DNA of 64,000 nucleotides from the human T2T-CHM13v2.0 reference genome, Homo sapiens: assembly GCF_009914755.1 (NCBI RefSeq), contig NC_060948.1; one strand, 5' to 3'. Under the pieces are notes generated by a model that saw nothing but the letters and a program-made list of their open reading frames with translations, had not been told where the DNA came from and ran no database searches. Position numbers and translations under genes: made by a program. Of this stretch, positions 29,240 to 45,194 are shown piece by piece (position 1 is the stretch's first letter; each line of letters starts with the position of its first letter).

Positions 29240-32239
29240 TTTTTGTTATACTTTAAGTTCTGGGATACATGTGCAGAATGTGCAGGTTTGTTACATAGAT
29301 ATACACATGCCATGGTGGTTTGCTGCACCCATCAACTCATCATCTACATTAGATATTTCTCCTAATGCTATCCCTCCCCTAGTCCCCCACCCCTAGACAG
29401 GCCCTGGTGTGTGATGTTCCCCTCCCTGTGTCCATGTGTTCTCAATGCTCAACTCCCAATTATGAGTGAGAACATTCAGTGTTTGGTTTTCTGTTCCTAT
29501 GTTAGTTTGCTGAGACTGATGGTTTCCAGCTCCATCCACGTCCCTGCAAAGGACATAAACTCATCCTTTGTTATGGCTGCATAGTATTCCATGTCGTATA
29601 TGTGCCACATTTTCTTTATCCAGTATATCACTGATGGGCATTTGGGTTGGTTCTAAGTCTTTGCTATTGTGAACAGTGCTGCAATAAACATGTATGTGCA
29701 TGTGTCTTTAGAGTAGAATGATTTATGATCCTTTGGGTATATACCCAGTAATGGGATGGCTGGGTCAAATGGTATTTCTGGTTCTAGATCCTTGAGGAAT
29801 CGCCACACTGTCTTCCACAATGGTTGAACTAATTTAGACTCCCAACAACAGTATAAAAGATTTCCTATTTGTCCACATCCTCTCCAGCATCTGTTGTTTC
29901 CTGACTTTATAATGATTACCATTCTAACTGGCATGAGATGGTATCTCATTGTGGTTTTGATTTGCATTTCTCTAATGACCAGTAATGATGAGCTTTTTTT
30001 CATATGTTTGTTGGCTGCATAAATGTCTTCTTTTGAGAAGTATCTGTTCATATCCTTGGCCCACTTTTTGATGGGGTTGTTTGTTTTTCTCTTGTAAATT
30101 TGTTTAAGTTCTTTGTAGATTCTAGATATTAGCCCTTTGTCAGATGAATAGATTGCAAATATTTTCTCCCATTCTGTAGGTTGCCTGTTCATTCTGATGA
30201 TAGTTTCTTTTGCTGTACAGAAGCTCTTTAGTTTAATTATATCCCATTTGTCAATTTTGGCTTTTGTTGCCATTGCTTTTGGTGTTTTAGTGGTAAAGTC
30301 TATGCCCATGCCTATGCCTGTATGGTATAGCATAGGTGTTCTTCTAGGGTTTTTATGGTTTTTGGTCTGACATTTAAGTCTTTATTCCACCTTGAGTTAA
30401 TTTTTGTATAAGGTGTAAGCAAGGAGTCCAGTTTCAGTTTTCTGCATATGGCTAGCCAGTTTTCCCAACACCATTTATTAAATAGGGAATCCTTTCTCCA
30501 TTGCTTGTTTTTGTCTGGTTTGTCAAAGATCAGATTGTTGTATATGTGTGGGGTTATTTCTGAGGCCTCTGTTCTATTCCATTGGTCTATATATCTGTTT
30601 TGGTACCAGTAGCATGCTGTTTTGGTTACCATAGCTTTGTAGTATAGTTTGAAGTCAGGTAGCATGATGCCTCCAACTTTGTTCATTTTGCTTAGGATTG
30701 TCTTGGCTATACAGGCTCTTTTCTGGTTCCATATGAAATTTAAAGTAGTTTTTTTCTAATTCTGTGAAGAAAGTCAATGGTAGCTTGATGAGGATAGCAT
30801 TGAATCTATAAATTACCTTGGGCACTATGGGCATTTTCACAATATTTATTCTCCCTATGCATGAGCATGGAATGTTTTTCCATTTGTTTGTGTCCTCTCT
30901 CATTTCATTGAGCAGTGGTTTTTAGTTCTCCTTCAAGAGGTCCTTCACATCCCTTGTAAATTGTATTCCTAGGTATTTTATTTTCTTTGTAGCAATTGTG
31001 AGTGGAAGTTCATTCACGATTTGGCTCTCTGTTTGTCTATGAGTGGTATATAGGAATGTTTGTGATTTTTGCACATTGATTTTGTATCCTGAGACGTTGC
31101 TGAAGTTGCTTATCAGCTTAAGGAGAATTTGGGCTGAGACAATGGGGTTTTCTAAATACACAATCATGTCATCTGCAAACAGAGACAATTTGACTTCCTC
31201 TCTTCCCATGTGAATACCCTTTATTTCTTTCTCTTGCCTGATTGCTCTGGCCAGAACTTCCAATAATCTGTTGAATAGGAGTGGTGAGAGAGGGCATCCT
31301 TGTCTTGTGCCAGTTTTCAAAGGGAATGCTTTTAGCTTTTGCCCATTCAGTATGATATTGGCTTTGGTTTCATCATAAATAGCTCTTATTATTTTGAGAT
31401 ACATTCCATCAATACCTAGTTTATTGAGAGTTTTTAGCATGAAGGAGTGTTGAATTTTATCCAAGGCCTTTTCTGCATCTATTGAGATAATCGTGTGATT
31501 TTTGTCATTGCTTCTGTTTATGTGATGGATTATGTTTGTTGATTGGCATATGTTGAAACAGCCTTGCATCCCAGGGATGAAGCCAACTTGGTTGTGGTGG
31601 ATAAGCTTTTTGATGTGCTGCTGGATTCAGTCTGCCAGTATTTTATTGAGGATTTTCACATGGATATTCATTAGGGATATTGGCCTGAAATTTTTTTGTG
31701 TGTGTCTCTGCCAGGTTTTGGTATCAGGATGATGCTGGCCTCATAAAATTAGTTAGGGAGGATTCCCTCTTTTTCTATTGTTTTGAATAGTTGCAGAAGG
31801 AATGGTACCAGCTCCCTTTTGTAGCTTTGGTAGAATTCGGCTGTGAATCCATCCAGTCCTGGGCTTTTCTTGGCTGGTAGACTATTAATTACTGCCTCAT
31901 TTTCAGAACTTGTTATTGATCTATTGAGGGATTCAACTTCTTCCTGGCTTAGTCTTGGGAGGGTGTATGTGTCCAGGAATTTAGCCATTTCTTCGAGATT
32001 TTCTAATTTATTTGCAAGGAGGTTTTTATAGTATTCTCTGATGGTAGTTTGTATTCCTGTGGGATCAGTGGTGATATCCCCTTTATCATATTTTAATCAT
32101 CATTTTTGTCTATTTGATTCTTCTCTCTTTTCTTATTAATCTGGTTAGCAGTCTATCTATTTTGTTAATCTTTTCAAAAAACCACCTCCTGGATTCATTG
32201 ATTTTTTCGAAGGGTTTTTCATACCTCTATCTCCTTCAG
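29240..32239 (-). mobile_element. L1PA7-like element, sense (3') arm: ORF2 RT through 3'UTR and poly(A)
   Basis: Frameshifted ORF2 pieces including 30922-31569 ([13 protein letters not shown]); tail ttttttttgttatactttaagttctgggatacatgtgcag. Confidence 0.95.
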
Positions 32240-35496
<3,257 letters not shown>

Positions 35497-35676
35497 TACT
35501 ATTATTAAGTTTTGAGAGTTCTCCATATATTTTAGATACAAGTTCCTTGTCAGATATATGTTGTACAAATATTTTCTTCCAGTCTATCAGCTTTTTTAAT
35601 TCTGTTGTTCAATTGTCAGGATCTTTTTCAGAAGTTCAATTTATTTCATTTTTCTTTGTGCTTTATTAATTTGTTT

Positions 35677-36170
35677 TAATAGAATTCAGAACACACTACC
35701 CCAAAATATGGCACCTTTGGCATTTGAGAAAACAGCAGAAGCAAGAAGACCACTCTTACCTTCTCTTAACCCTTTCCTCTGAATTAGGTCATAAAACCTA
35801 GGAAAGTAACTCTGACCTTCTGCCACCCATCTTCCCTGAAGCAGATCATAAGAACCTCATTAGAAAACTGTCCTCCCTGTATGTGGAGGAAAGGAACATC
35901 TTTATCTCTAAAGATCCTGAGAAGAATAACAAAGAAGCCTTGTTAAATACCCCCACCCAAGTTTGTTACTAGTAGATCACATCCTTTTTCACTCCAATCG
36001 TATTTTTCTAGAACTGTCCACTCTTCATGAAACCTAAGCAGAAAAATACAAAAATTTACCTGTTTCACTGAATCATCATTATGTTTTCTCTGATTAACCT
36101 GTCTTTTGCTATAGAGGCCTCAGCCATGAACCAATCAATAAGCAAAATAAAGATATCTTTCCTTCCCTAT
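35677..36170 (+). mobile_element. ERV1 solo LTR (MER34/MER39-like)
   Basis: ttcagaacacactaccccaaaatatggcac...cctcagccatgaac...ctttccttccctat. Confidence 0.6.
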
Positions 36171-37739
36171 CGGTGTTATGGCTAAGAACTCTGAGTAACC
36201 ATGAGTTTCAAAGCTTTCTACTTGTGATTTTTTGAAAAAAATTATAGCTTTACATTTAGGTTTATGATTCATTTTGAGATAATCTTTGTACAGTATGTGA
36301 GGCTCAAGTCAATGATCGTTTATTTTCTTTGCATATGAATGTCTTTCAACATTATTGTTGAAAAGACCATCTTTGCTCCACTGAAAAACTTTTTATGCCT
36401 TTCTCAGATATCAGTTGACACAGTTGGTGAGTCTGTTATTAGATTCACTATTTTATTGCCTTTATCTAAGTGTCTATGACTCCACTGATATCACATTGTC
36501 TGGATTATTGTCACTATGTTTGTATCTTAATAATAGGTAGAGTGATTGCTTCCACTTTCTTCTACATTTAAAAATAATTATTCCATTTATTTTGTTGCTT
36601 GATTTTTTCACTTAAATTTTAAAATCAGCTTGTCTATAATTGTCTATTTATATACAAAACATCTTGCCTGACTTTTATTCACAATTGTGTTAAATCTATT
36701 GATTTATTTGTGGAGAATTAACACCTTTACTATGTTAAGTCATCCAATCTATGAACGTGGTATGTCTTTCCATTTGTTTAGCATTTCCTTTATTTATTGT
36801 ATTAGCATTTTTCAATGTTCATTATGCAGATACTGTAGACATTTTATTAGATTTATACCTAAGGATTTAATTTCAGGGGAATAATTACAACTGTCACATT
36901 TTTAACTCCACTTTCCATGTTTTCAATTGATAGTATTTAAAAATATGACTGATTTTGTCTTGTGTCCTTCAATATTTTTGGACACACTTATTAATGTTAG
37001 TAGGACATATGTTTAAAGAACTCTTTAGAATATTCTAAATAAATAGCCACATAATCTTTAAATAGGAATACTTTTATTTCTTCCTATATAATCTTCATGA
37101 TTTTTCTTTTCTTTTCTTGCCTTATTGTTCAGGCTAAACCTTCAGTACTGTTTCATATGAGTGGCAATAGCAGACATCCTTGCTTGCTTTTAGTGTAAGA
37201 AAAGATAGTTTTTCACCATTAAATATGCTGCTAACTGCAGGTTTTTTTTAGCCTGTTGATATCATTTATTATACTGATTGATTACTGAATTTTAAACCGA
37301 CCTTGCAATTCTCAATCTCCACTTTATTGTGATGTATATTTTCTTTTTCTATAACGCTGGATCCTACATGCTCATCTTATGTTGAAGATTTTTTTTGTCA
37401 AAGTTTATGAGAGATATAGGTATGTAGGTTTGTCTCTTTAAAAATATGTCTGATTTTTCTATCAGGGCATACTGGCCTCATAAAATGAGTTAGAAATGTT
37501 TCCTTATTTTTTAATGTCCTGGAACAGATCAGGCAGAATTCATGTTAGTTCTTATTTAAATTTTAGTAGAATTTTCCAGTAAATTCTTCTAGGACTCAGA
37601 ATATATGCATGTTAGATCATTTGCTACTGTCATATAGATCCCCGAGGCTCTATTTTCCCCCCAGTCTAGTTCCTCTCTGTTATTTAGATAAGGTAAATTA
37701 TATTGATTATGTCAATTATATTGTCTGAAAATTCACTGA

Positions 37740-38065
37740 TTTTTTTTTTTGGGACAGAATATTTTTTTTTCTCAGCCTGTTGAGTAAGACTCTGTCTTAC
37801 TTTGTTGCCCAAGCTGGAGTGCAGTGGTACAATCACCACTTACAGTAGCCTCGACTTCCCAGGTTCAAGTAATTCTATCTCAGCCTTTTAGGTAGCTGGG
37901 ACTATAGGTGCATGTCACAATGCCTGGCTAATTTTTTGCATTGTTTGTGGAGATAGGGTTTTGCCATCTTGCCCAGGCTGGTCTCAAACCCTGGGCTCAA
38001 ATAATCCACCTGCCTTGGCCTCCCAAAGTATTGGGATTACAGGTGTGAGACAACATACCCCGTCC
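37740..38065 (-). mobile_element. AluJ
   Basis: gttgcccaagctggagtgcagtgg...ccttggcctcccaaagtattgggattacagg. Confidence 0.88.
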
Positions 38066-38381
38066 AAATTTATTGATTCTATCTTCTGTTATCTCCACTC
38101 TACTATTGAGCCAATCCAGTAAGTTGTTGCTTTTGATATTATTGCATTTTTTTCTTCTATATTTTCCACTTGATTATTTTTATAATTATAACTTCATTTC
38201 TTTTTTGAATTGTTAAAATATTTTCATTTGCTTTAAGTGAATTTGATATTGCTTGTTGAAGCATGTTTTGATGGTTGCATTAAAATCCTTTTCAGATAAT
38301 TTCACCATCTGAGTCATAACAAGCTTGATATGTGTTTTAGTCAGGGTTTTCCAGAGAGACACAGCCCACTGAACATATATA

Positions 38382-38515
38382 CAGTTGTCCATCACTATCT
38401 GCAGGGCATTGGTTCTAAAATCCAAAGATACCCACGTCCCTTATATTAAATAGCATAGAACAGTAAGCACTCTGTGTCTGTAGGTGTAGAACCTAAGGAT
38501 ATGTAGGTCCTATTG
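38382..38515 (+). mobile_element. Internally deleted MER2-like DNA transposon in the MLT2 LTR
   Basis: cagttgtccatcactatctgcagggcattggttc...gtcccttatattaaat...gaacctaaggatatgtaggtcctattg, preceded by TA. Confidence 0.65.
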
Positions 38516-39544
38516 TCAAGAGATGTACATGAGAAGGAATTTATTAGAGGAATTGGCTCACTTGTTTATGAAGGCTGAGAATTCCCACAATAAGCCATCT
38601 GCAAGCTGGAGAACCAAAGAATCTTTAGTGTGGTTCAGTTCAAGTCCAAAGACCTTAGAACCAAGGAAGCTGATGTTGCAGCTCTCCGAGGCTGATAGTT
38701 TGGGAGGTGGCTGGTACAAATCCCAGAGTCCAAAAGCTGGAGAACCTGAAGTTCTGATATCCAAGAGCATGAGAAGAAAAACACCCAAGCTCAGGAAGAA
38801 AGTTCCAATTTACCTCTTTGTTACTTCTGGGACTCAGCTGATTGGATGATGCCCACCCACATTGTGGGCAATTCTTCCCACTCAGTCCACCCAATCAATG
38901 TCCAATCTCCAGCAGAAATACTCTCATGAACCCAACTGGGACAGCACAACCACTCTAACTAAATGCCAAACCACCTGGATTCTCTTTCAACAGAAATGGG
39001 ATGGGCTCAATGCCTACTGAAGCATTGAGAATAAGTGATGTTTTGTTAGCTAGTGAATATCCCTTAATCCAGCCAAGTTGACACCCAAAATAAATCATCA
39101 CAAGTTCATCCCTTGTCAACTTGGCACCATATGCCTCTCCTTAAACCATACTTAATCTTGAAATAAAGGCAATAGCAAGGTGGTAGTTTCACCTAGCATG
39201 ATGAAAATATATTGAATACAACAAAAATGCATTAATATATTCCCCAGAAGAGGAGATAAAGTCCTTGAGTGATGATTATTCTTCTCCAGATATTCTGTAA
39301 CTTAAATACCATGACATAAAATTAGAAATATTTAAATATTGATAGAACTCTACATGTATCTATCAAGGATATTTTCTTAATATATGTATATATACAAACA
39401 TACATATTCCTAACAAAATAGGAAGAAAATACAGCCCTTGTTTCTATAAGTGGTCATATGGTCATTGCTGATATTTATAACTACCTTCTAATATCCATTA
39501 TGTATTCTGTTTGTTTTCAGCAAACACCTTAGCTAATCATGATT

Positions 39545-39643
39545 CTTTACCTTCTGGTGAACTGATCCAAACCTTTACTTATTTTCTTCCTTTTTTCCTC
39601 TCTCCTTCCCTCCCTCCCTCTTTCTTCCTTTCTTTCTTCCTTC

Positions 39644-39690
<47 letters not shown>

Positions 39691-40240
39691 TCCTTCCTTC
39701 CTTCCTTCCTTCCTTCCTTCCTTCCTTCTTTCCTTCTTTCCTTCATTTCTTCTTTCTTTCTCTTTACCTTCTGGGAAACTGATCCAAACCTTTACTTACT
39801 TTCTATTTTTCTCTATTTTTCTTTCTCTATTTTTTTCTCTCCTTCCTTCCTTCCTTCCTTCCTTCCTTCCTTCCTTCCTTCCTTCCTTCTCTTTACCTTC
39901 TGGCGAAGTAACCCAAACGTTTACTTTCTTTCTCTTTTTCTCTTTTTTTCTTTATTTTTCTTTCTCTGTTCTTTTTCTCTCCTTCCTTCCTTCCTTCCTT
40001 CCTTCCTTCCTTCCTTCCTTCCTTCCTTCCTTCTTTCCCTCCTTCTTTCTCTTTACCTTCTGGTGAACTGACTCGAACCTTTACTTACTTTCTTTCTATT
40101 TTTCTCTATTTTTTCTCTTTCTTCCTGTCCTTTCCTTTCTTTTCCTTTCCTTTCCTTTCCTTTCCTTTCCTTTCCTTTCCTTTCCTTTCCTCTCTTTCTC
40201 TTTCTCTCTTTCTCTTCCTTCCCTTCCCTTCCCTTTCCTC

Positions 40241-40304
<64 letters not shown>

Positions 40305-40330
40305 TTTCTTTCTTTCTTTTTCTTTCTTTC
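39545..40330. repeat. Compound VNTR: four ~35-bp ERVL-derived units separated by CTTT/CCTT/CCTTT microsatellites
   Basis: ctttaccttctggtgaactgatccaaacctttactt variants at 39545, 39762, 39891 and 40051. Confidence 0.9.
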
Positions 40331-40619
40331 TACAGGGTCTCACTCTGTCACCCAAGCTAGAGTGCAGTGCTGAGATCATAGCTCACTGCAGCATTAAACT
40401 CTGGGCTCAAGCAGTCCTACTGCCTCAGTCTCTTGAGTAGCTGGGACTACAGACACGCAGAACCATGCCTGGTTAATTTTTTTTTTTCATTTTTATTTTT
40501 GTAGAAATGGGGTATTGCTAGGTTACCCAGGCTAGTCTGAAATTCCTGACCTCAAACGATCTTTGTGCCTTGGCTTTCCAATGTGCTGGGATTACAGACA
40601 TGAGCCACCAAGCTCAGCT
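40331..40619 (-). mobile_element. AluJ
   Basis: acagggtctcactctgtcacccaagctagagtgcagtg...gggattacagacatgagccacc; followed by caaaccttta, which is also in the VNTR unit. Confidence 0.9.
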
Positions 40620-40793
40620 CAAACCTTTATTTCTGAAGGGTCGGAGCCATTCGTAGTCCTGCTTGAATTGGGTTGTTGTAATTTCCCATTGACCTTAATC
40701 ACAGGACATACTAATACTAAGAGGTGCCCTAAGGGATCTACTGTTTTCCAAACATACTCTCCCTCACTTCTCTTCTGGAGTAGTAGTCCAATC

Positions 40794-40994
40794 TTATTCT
40801 TGGTAGTTTGAATTAATCACTACAGCCAACACCATTACTCCCCTGTAAGCCTGTTGATTTAGATGCATGAGGAGCCCAAAGTGGCCAGGTGGCAGTTTTA
40901 ACTTCCAGTTTGGTAGAATTACTGTTGTCTCCCATGGTGGAGGCATTCCTTCCTCTGAAACAAAGACCTCTGTGCTAGCAGAGCATAAAGTCAC
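40794..40994 (-). pseudogene. ERVL dUTPase remnant
   Basis: PPWETTVILPNWKLKLPPGHFGLLMHLNQQA matches the ERVL dUTPase pattern. Confidence 0.85.
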
Positions 40995-41099
40995 AGAAAT
41001 AATACAAAATTTTTTTTTTCTAGTGGGTTACTAGGATGAATGATGGTGGTGCCATTCTATTTCCACTCCTTGATTCCTGGACCTGTGAATTCTGGCAAT

Positions 41100-41942
41100 T
41101 GGGGGAAACAGTACCATATAGTGAACTTTTATTCAGAACATGTAAAGCCTTCTAGAAGACCTTGCCCAGTCCTGCAAAATATTGCCACCTATCTGGTGCT
41201 GTAACTGTGCCTTCAAAAGGCCATTTTATAGTCTTATCAAGACAACTGCTTCAGGATGATGGGGAGCATGGTAAATCCAGTGCATTTTATGAATATAAGT
41301 CAATTACCACACTTCTTTGTGAAGTGAATTACTTTTAAGAAGCAATGCTGTGTGGAATACTATAATGATGGATAAGGCATTCTGTAAGTCCACAAGTGGT
41401 AGTTTTGTCAAAGCATTGAATGAGGGAAGGTAAATTTATATCCAAATTAAGTGTCTATTCCAGTAAGGACAAAACGTTGTCTCTTCCATGATGAAAGTTG
41501 TCCAATGTAATCAACCTGCCACCAGGTAGCTGGCTTAATACTCTGGGCAATGGTGCTACACTGGGGGCTCAGTGTTGGTCTCTGCTGCAGATAGATTGGA
41601 CACTAGGTGATGACCATAGCCAGGTCAGCCCTGATGATTTTAACTCTATATTGTTGGGCCCAGGCATAACCTCCATCTCAGCTAACATGCTGACTTTGTT
41701 CATAAGCCCATTGGACAATGGCAGTTGGTTAAAGAAAAAGGCTGATTGGATTTCACAGAATAGGTCATTCTATCAATTTGATTATTCAATTCTTCCTCTG
41801 CTGAGGTCACCTTTTGGTGAGCATTTACATGGGACACAATTACCTTTAAGTTCTTTGCCCACTCGGAAAGGTCTACCTTTTCCCAAAATTTCTTTGTCAC
41901 CAATTTTCCATTCGTATTTCTTCCAAGTCCCTGATCATTCAA
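41100..41942 (-). pseudogene. ERVL pol remnant (end of RNase H plus integrase)
   Basis: DLSEWAKNLKVIVSHVNAHQKVTSAEEELNNQIDRMT in ORF 41700-41942. Confidence 0.8.
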
Positions 41943-43124
41943 CCAGACTATCTGAGTTCCCCTTTCAGCAGAAGATGGATGTGCTCACTGCCTCCTGAAG
42001 CATTTAGAATAACTAATGCTTTGCCAGATATTTGGGGAATCTTTAATTCAGTCAACTTAACACCGAAAATCAACTACCATTGTATTTGTTGATTCGTTTC
42101 TCATTCAAGTTATGAATGCTCTGGTTCTAAGTAAAATAAATGTTTTTTAATTGTAGTATGGACATTTGAGATCTTATATTAGGGGATTCTGGATCTTATT
42201 TAAATGTCCTATTTTGGCAGGCAATTATCCTGTTCAAGTTTAGACCAAAGGTCTTCTCTCACTTTTGTAAGCTGTTATTCCAAAGGCACTTTCTTTTTCA
42301 GAGCCCTTGAGTTAATATTTAAATCTGCTTCATAAACGTGCTACTCAAAGTCCATGGAAATTATGGATGGAATCTTACATTGTAGTTTGGTTTTCAACCT
42401 TTTGGTGTGTTAAATCTAGTCAGTTTCACTTTTTTTTTTTTTTAAATGTTTGTCCAGAACTTCCGATGCTGGTTGTTTGATAATAATGTCTGGTATTTGC
42501 TTCAAAATAAAAGGGTGGCCATTATATGAGAAATAAAATTGACCAGGAACTGATAATTGTTGAGGATGAAGAATAAATATGTTGATGTCTATAAGAGTAT
42601 CCCAATTTTGTATATGTTTGACCTTTCCATATGAAAATGTTAAAAAGGTAATTATATTGAAATTGTCTTAATAGTTAAATAGTCTATTTGTTTAAATTAC
42701 AGAATAATACAGGGTTACATATTAAGAATGTTTAATTATTGATTCTCCTAAAATTAGTTTTCTAGAATTAAAATTTCCTTTGGATAACAAAATAACAATT
42801 AACTTCTATCATCTTACAAAATACAATTGTTTAACATCTTCATAGATATTTCTTAACATTTACGTAGAAACTTGAACTAGAAAATATATGAATTTGAATA
42901 AACAACTTATAATAAAGAATTTGAGCATATAATACTATCTTATATACAGTAGATTATCATTTATTTCAAATATTTGCTAGGATTACTTTTCCAAATATCA
43001 TCCACATATAGATAAAATGTACTTTTCACCAGTAATAAATAAGGCACACCTATTTGTTCTGTCACATTAAGGAATTAATATGTTCTCATTAATAATGTAA
43101 TAACAAAATTCGTGATATTTGCAT

Positions 43125-43620
43125 ATGGTAGACTGATAGCAAAAATTTCCCATACATTCCTCTATCCATGTCTTTTGAAATTTGACTTTGCAGTTTTCCC
43201 TGTCAAGGGATATAGTCTATCTCCCCGAGCCTTGCATATCAACTGGCCTTGTGACTTATTTGCAGAACAGAATGCAATAGAAGGAACTTGGGTAAATTCT
43301 AAACCTAGGACTCAACAGTCGTTCCCTGTTTCCTCTATCTTGAAACTCTGCCACCCTGAGGACAAGCCCAGGCTAGCCTGCTGGAGGGTGATTGATTATA
43401 TAAAGGAAACTCAGTATAGCAGAGCCGACATCCTGAAGACTTCTGTGGGAGCAGATGCCTAGCTGAAACACAGCTGACAAGAGAGTCATGAAAAAGTCAA
43501 AAGGATCACCTGCTAAGTCCATTTTAAAATCATGATCTACAGAAAGGTGAGTTAAATAAATTGTTAATTTTGGCTATTGAGTGTAGAAGTAGTTGTTGTG
43601 CAATGATGTTTAACTGATGA
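43125..43620 (+). mobile_element. MLT1 (F/G/H-like) LTR
   Basis: tggtagactgatagcaaaaat...ctggccttgtgacttatttg...taactgat. Confidence 0.7.
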
Positions 43621-43849
43621 AATATCCAAAAATTATAAAGGCTTAAGAATTTCTCTAAAATTTACTTCTTATATTTGATTACTCAAAGCCATGAATGTTA
43701 ATAAAATCTTTAATACTAATACAAGTAATTGTTTATATTTTTCAAACTTAACCATATTTTGGTGAGCTTCTACAAAATAAAATATATATAAAATTACTAC
43801 CAAAATGAAAGAAAAAGAGGTACGAAAAGAGAAAAAAATTATTAATTTC

Positions 43850-44307
43850 TTTTGACTACTCAAGTAAATTACCATACACTTAGCAGCTTAAAACCATACA
43901 GTCTCACCAGCCTAACATCAAGATACTAGCAAGGCTGTGTACCTTGCCAGCTGCCAGCCAGGGGTTGTTCTCAACTTATACAGTCCACCCACATTCCTTG
44001 AATAATGGACCCCTTCATCTTCAAAGTCTGCAGTGGTGTATAGAATTCTTCTTATGCTTCATCTCTCCTGACTTCCTGTATTAACTCTCACTCCTCAACC
44101 AGAAGGGTTTTCCATTTTTAAGGACCCTTGTGATTACATTAGCCCACTGAAATATTCTAATATCCCATCTCAAACTTCTTAACTTAATCACTTTGCGAGA
44201 TCATGTTTTGCTATGTAAGGTAACATATTCACACATTTCAGGACTACAAGAATGTGTAGTACACTTTCAAGAACATCTTGAGGGCAGGCATTATTTTGCT
44301 TACCACA
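43850..44307 (-). mobile_element. MLT1 (D/E-like) LTR
   Basis: aaattaccatacacttagcagcttaaaac...ttttaaggacccttgtgattacatt...ggcattattttgcttaccaca. Confidence 0.75.
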
Positions 44308-44319
44308 GAACCTAAATTA

Positions 44320-44530
44320 ATATTTATTAAGCATCAACTTTGTACAGGGCATTGTGCCACATGTGTTCATCCATTATCTCTTATACATTTTACAACAAAC
44401 TTGCGAAGTACATATTATTATCTGTACTTTTAAAGAGGATGAAAATTAGATCTATTAAAGTAAGCAACTTGTCTAAGTTCACAAAGTTACTATCAAGTCA
44501 TGGTTTGGATTAGTTGTTTCTGTGAATTTG
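44320..44530 (-). mobile_element. MIR
   Basis: tattattatctgtacttttaaagaggatgaaaattaga...aagcaacttgtctaagttcaca. Confidence 0.7.
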
Positions 44531-45194
44531 AAGCTATACAGCACGCTTTCAAAAAAGCAAAAGGAACAAATATTGATTATTAGATAAAATGAACAAAAGG
44601 TAGAGAAAACGAGAGTCAAAAATAAAGGAGAGAGTAAATAGAGAAGAAAACAAAGTGGATAAATCTGTTTGGGTATTTATATAGTCCGAAAGCAGGATAG
44701 TTCTGATAGGTGAGAGGTGGAAAAGCCTGATTAGTGTAGATGAATCCCCTTGAGAGCAATATTCATGCACAATAATTTCTTCACTGCAGTGATTTTTGTT
44801 TATTTTATTGCAAATATATTTTTTCTTACTATTTTTATTCTTCAATGCAAGCCTCTAATTTTGAAAGAAGTGCTTTTCTTCAGCAACGAAGGTAGTAGAG
44901 GAGTGATTTCCTTACTTTTTCAACAAATTTTATAAGGTTACACTGTCGTGAAGCACAAGTTAATAAAGCCTAAGGACACACTGTTGCATTTCTTTTAAAA
45001 TAATGGAAAATTATTAAATTTTTTAAGGCATGTTTTGTTTGAATGTCTTGTGTTGGTTAGATAACTGTACATCACTAAAGTAGAACAGTACTTTTAAGAA
45101 GCAATTTCTGTTTAGGAGTAGAAGTTGAAAGCGGTATATTAATCTGATGAGCTTAAGCAGCAAAATAGACCTCATACATAAGAATATGAGCTGA

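Larger units (their letters stand above)
38333..42080 (-). mobile_element. Internally deleted ERVL provirus: MLT2-type 3' LTR 38333-39101, internal region 39102-41944, partial 5' LTR 41945-42080
   Basis: LTR ends tgttttagtcagggttttccagagagac and caagttgacacccaaaataaatcatcaca; 41945-42080 repeats 38970-39101; ERVL pol and dUTPase peptides. Confidence 0.85.

Noticed and set aside
29653-31988. 226-aa and 215-aa RT-like ORFs
   Set aside because: Frameshifted L1 ORF2 fragments of an inverted, inactive L1.
39511-40379. 186-aa and 108-aa ORFs, and a CRISPR-like repeat-spacer pattern
   Set aside because: The ORFs are microsatellite translations. The spacers are microsatellites, the DNA is primate and there are no cas genes, so this is a VNTR.
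41498-41998. 166-aa plus-strand ORF
   Set aside because: Antisense to ERVL pol, with no recognisable domain.
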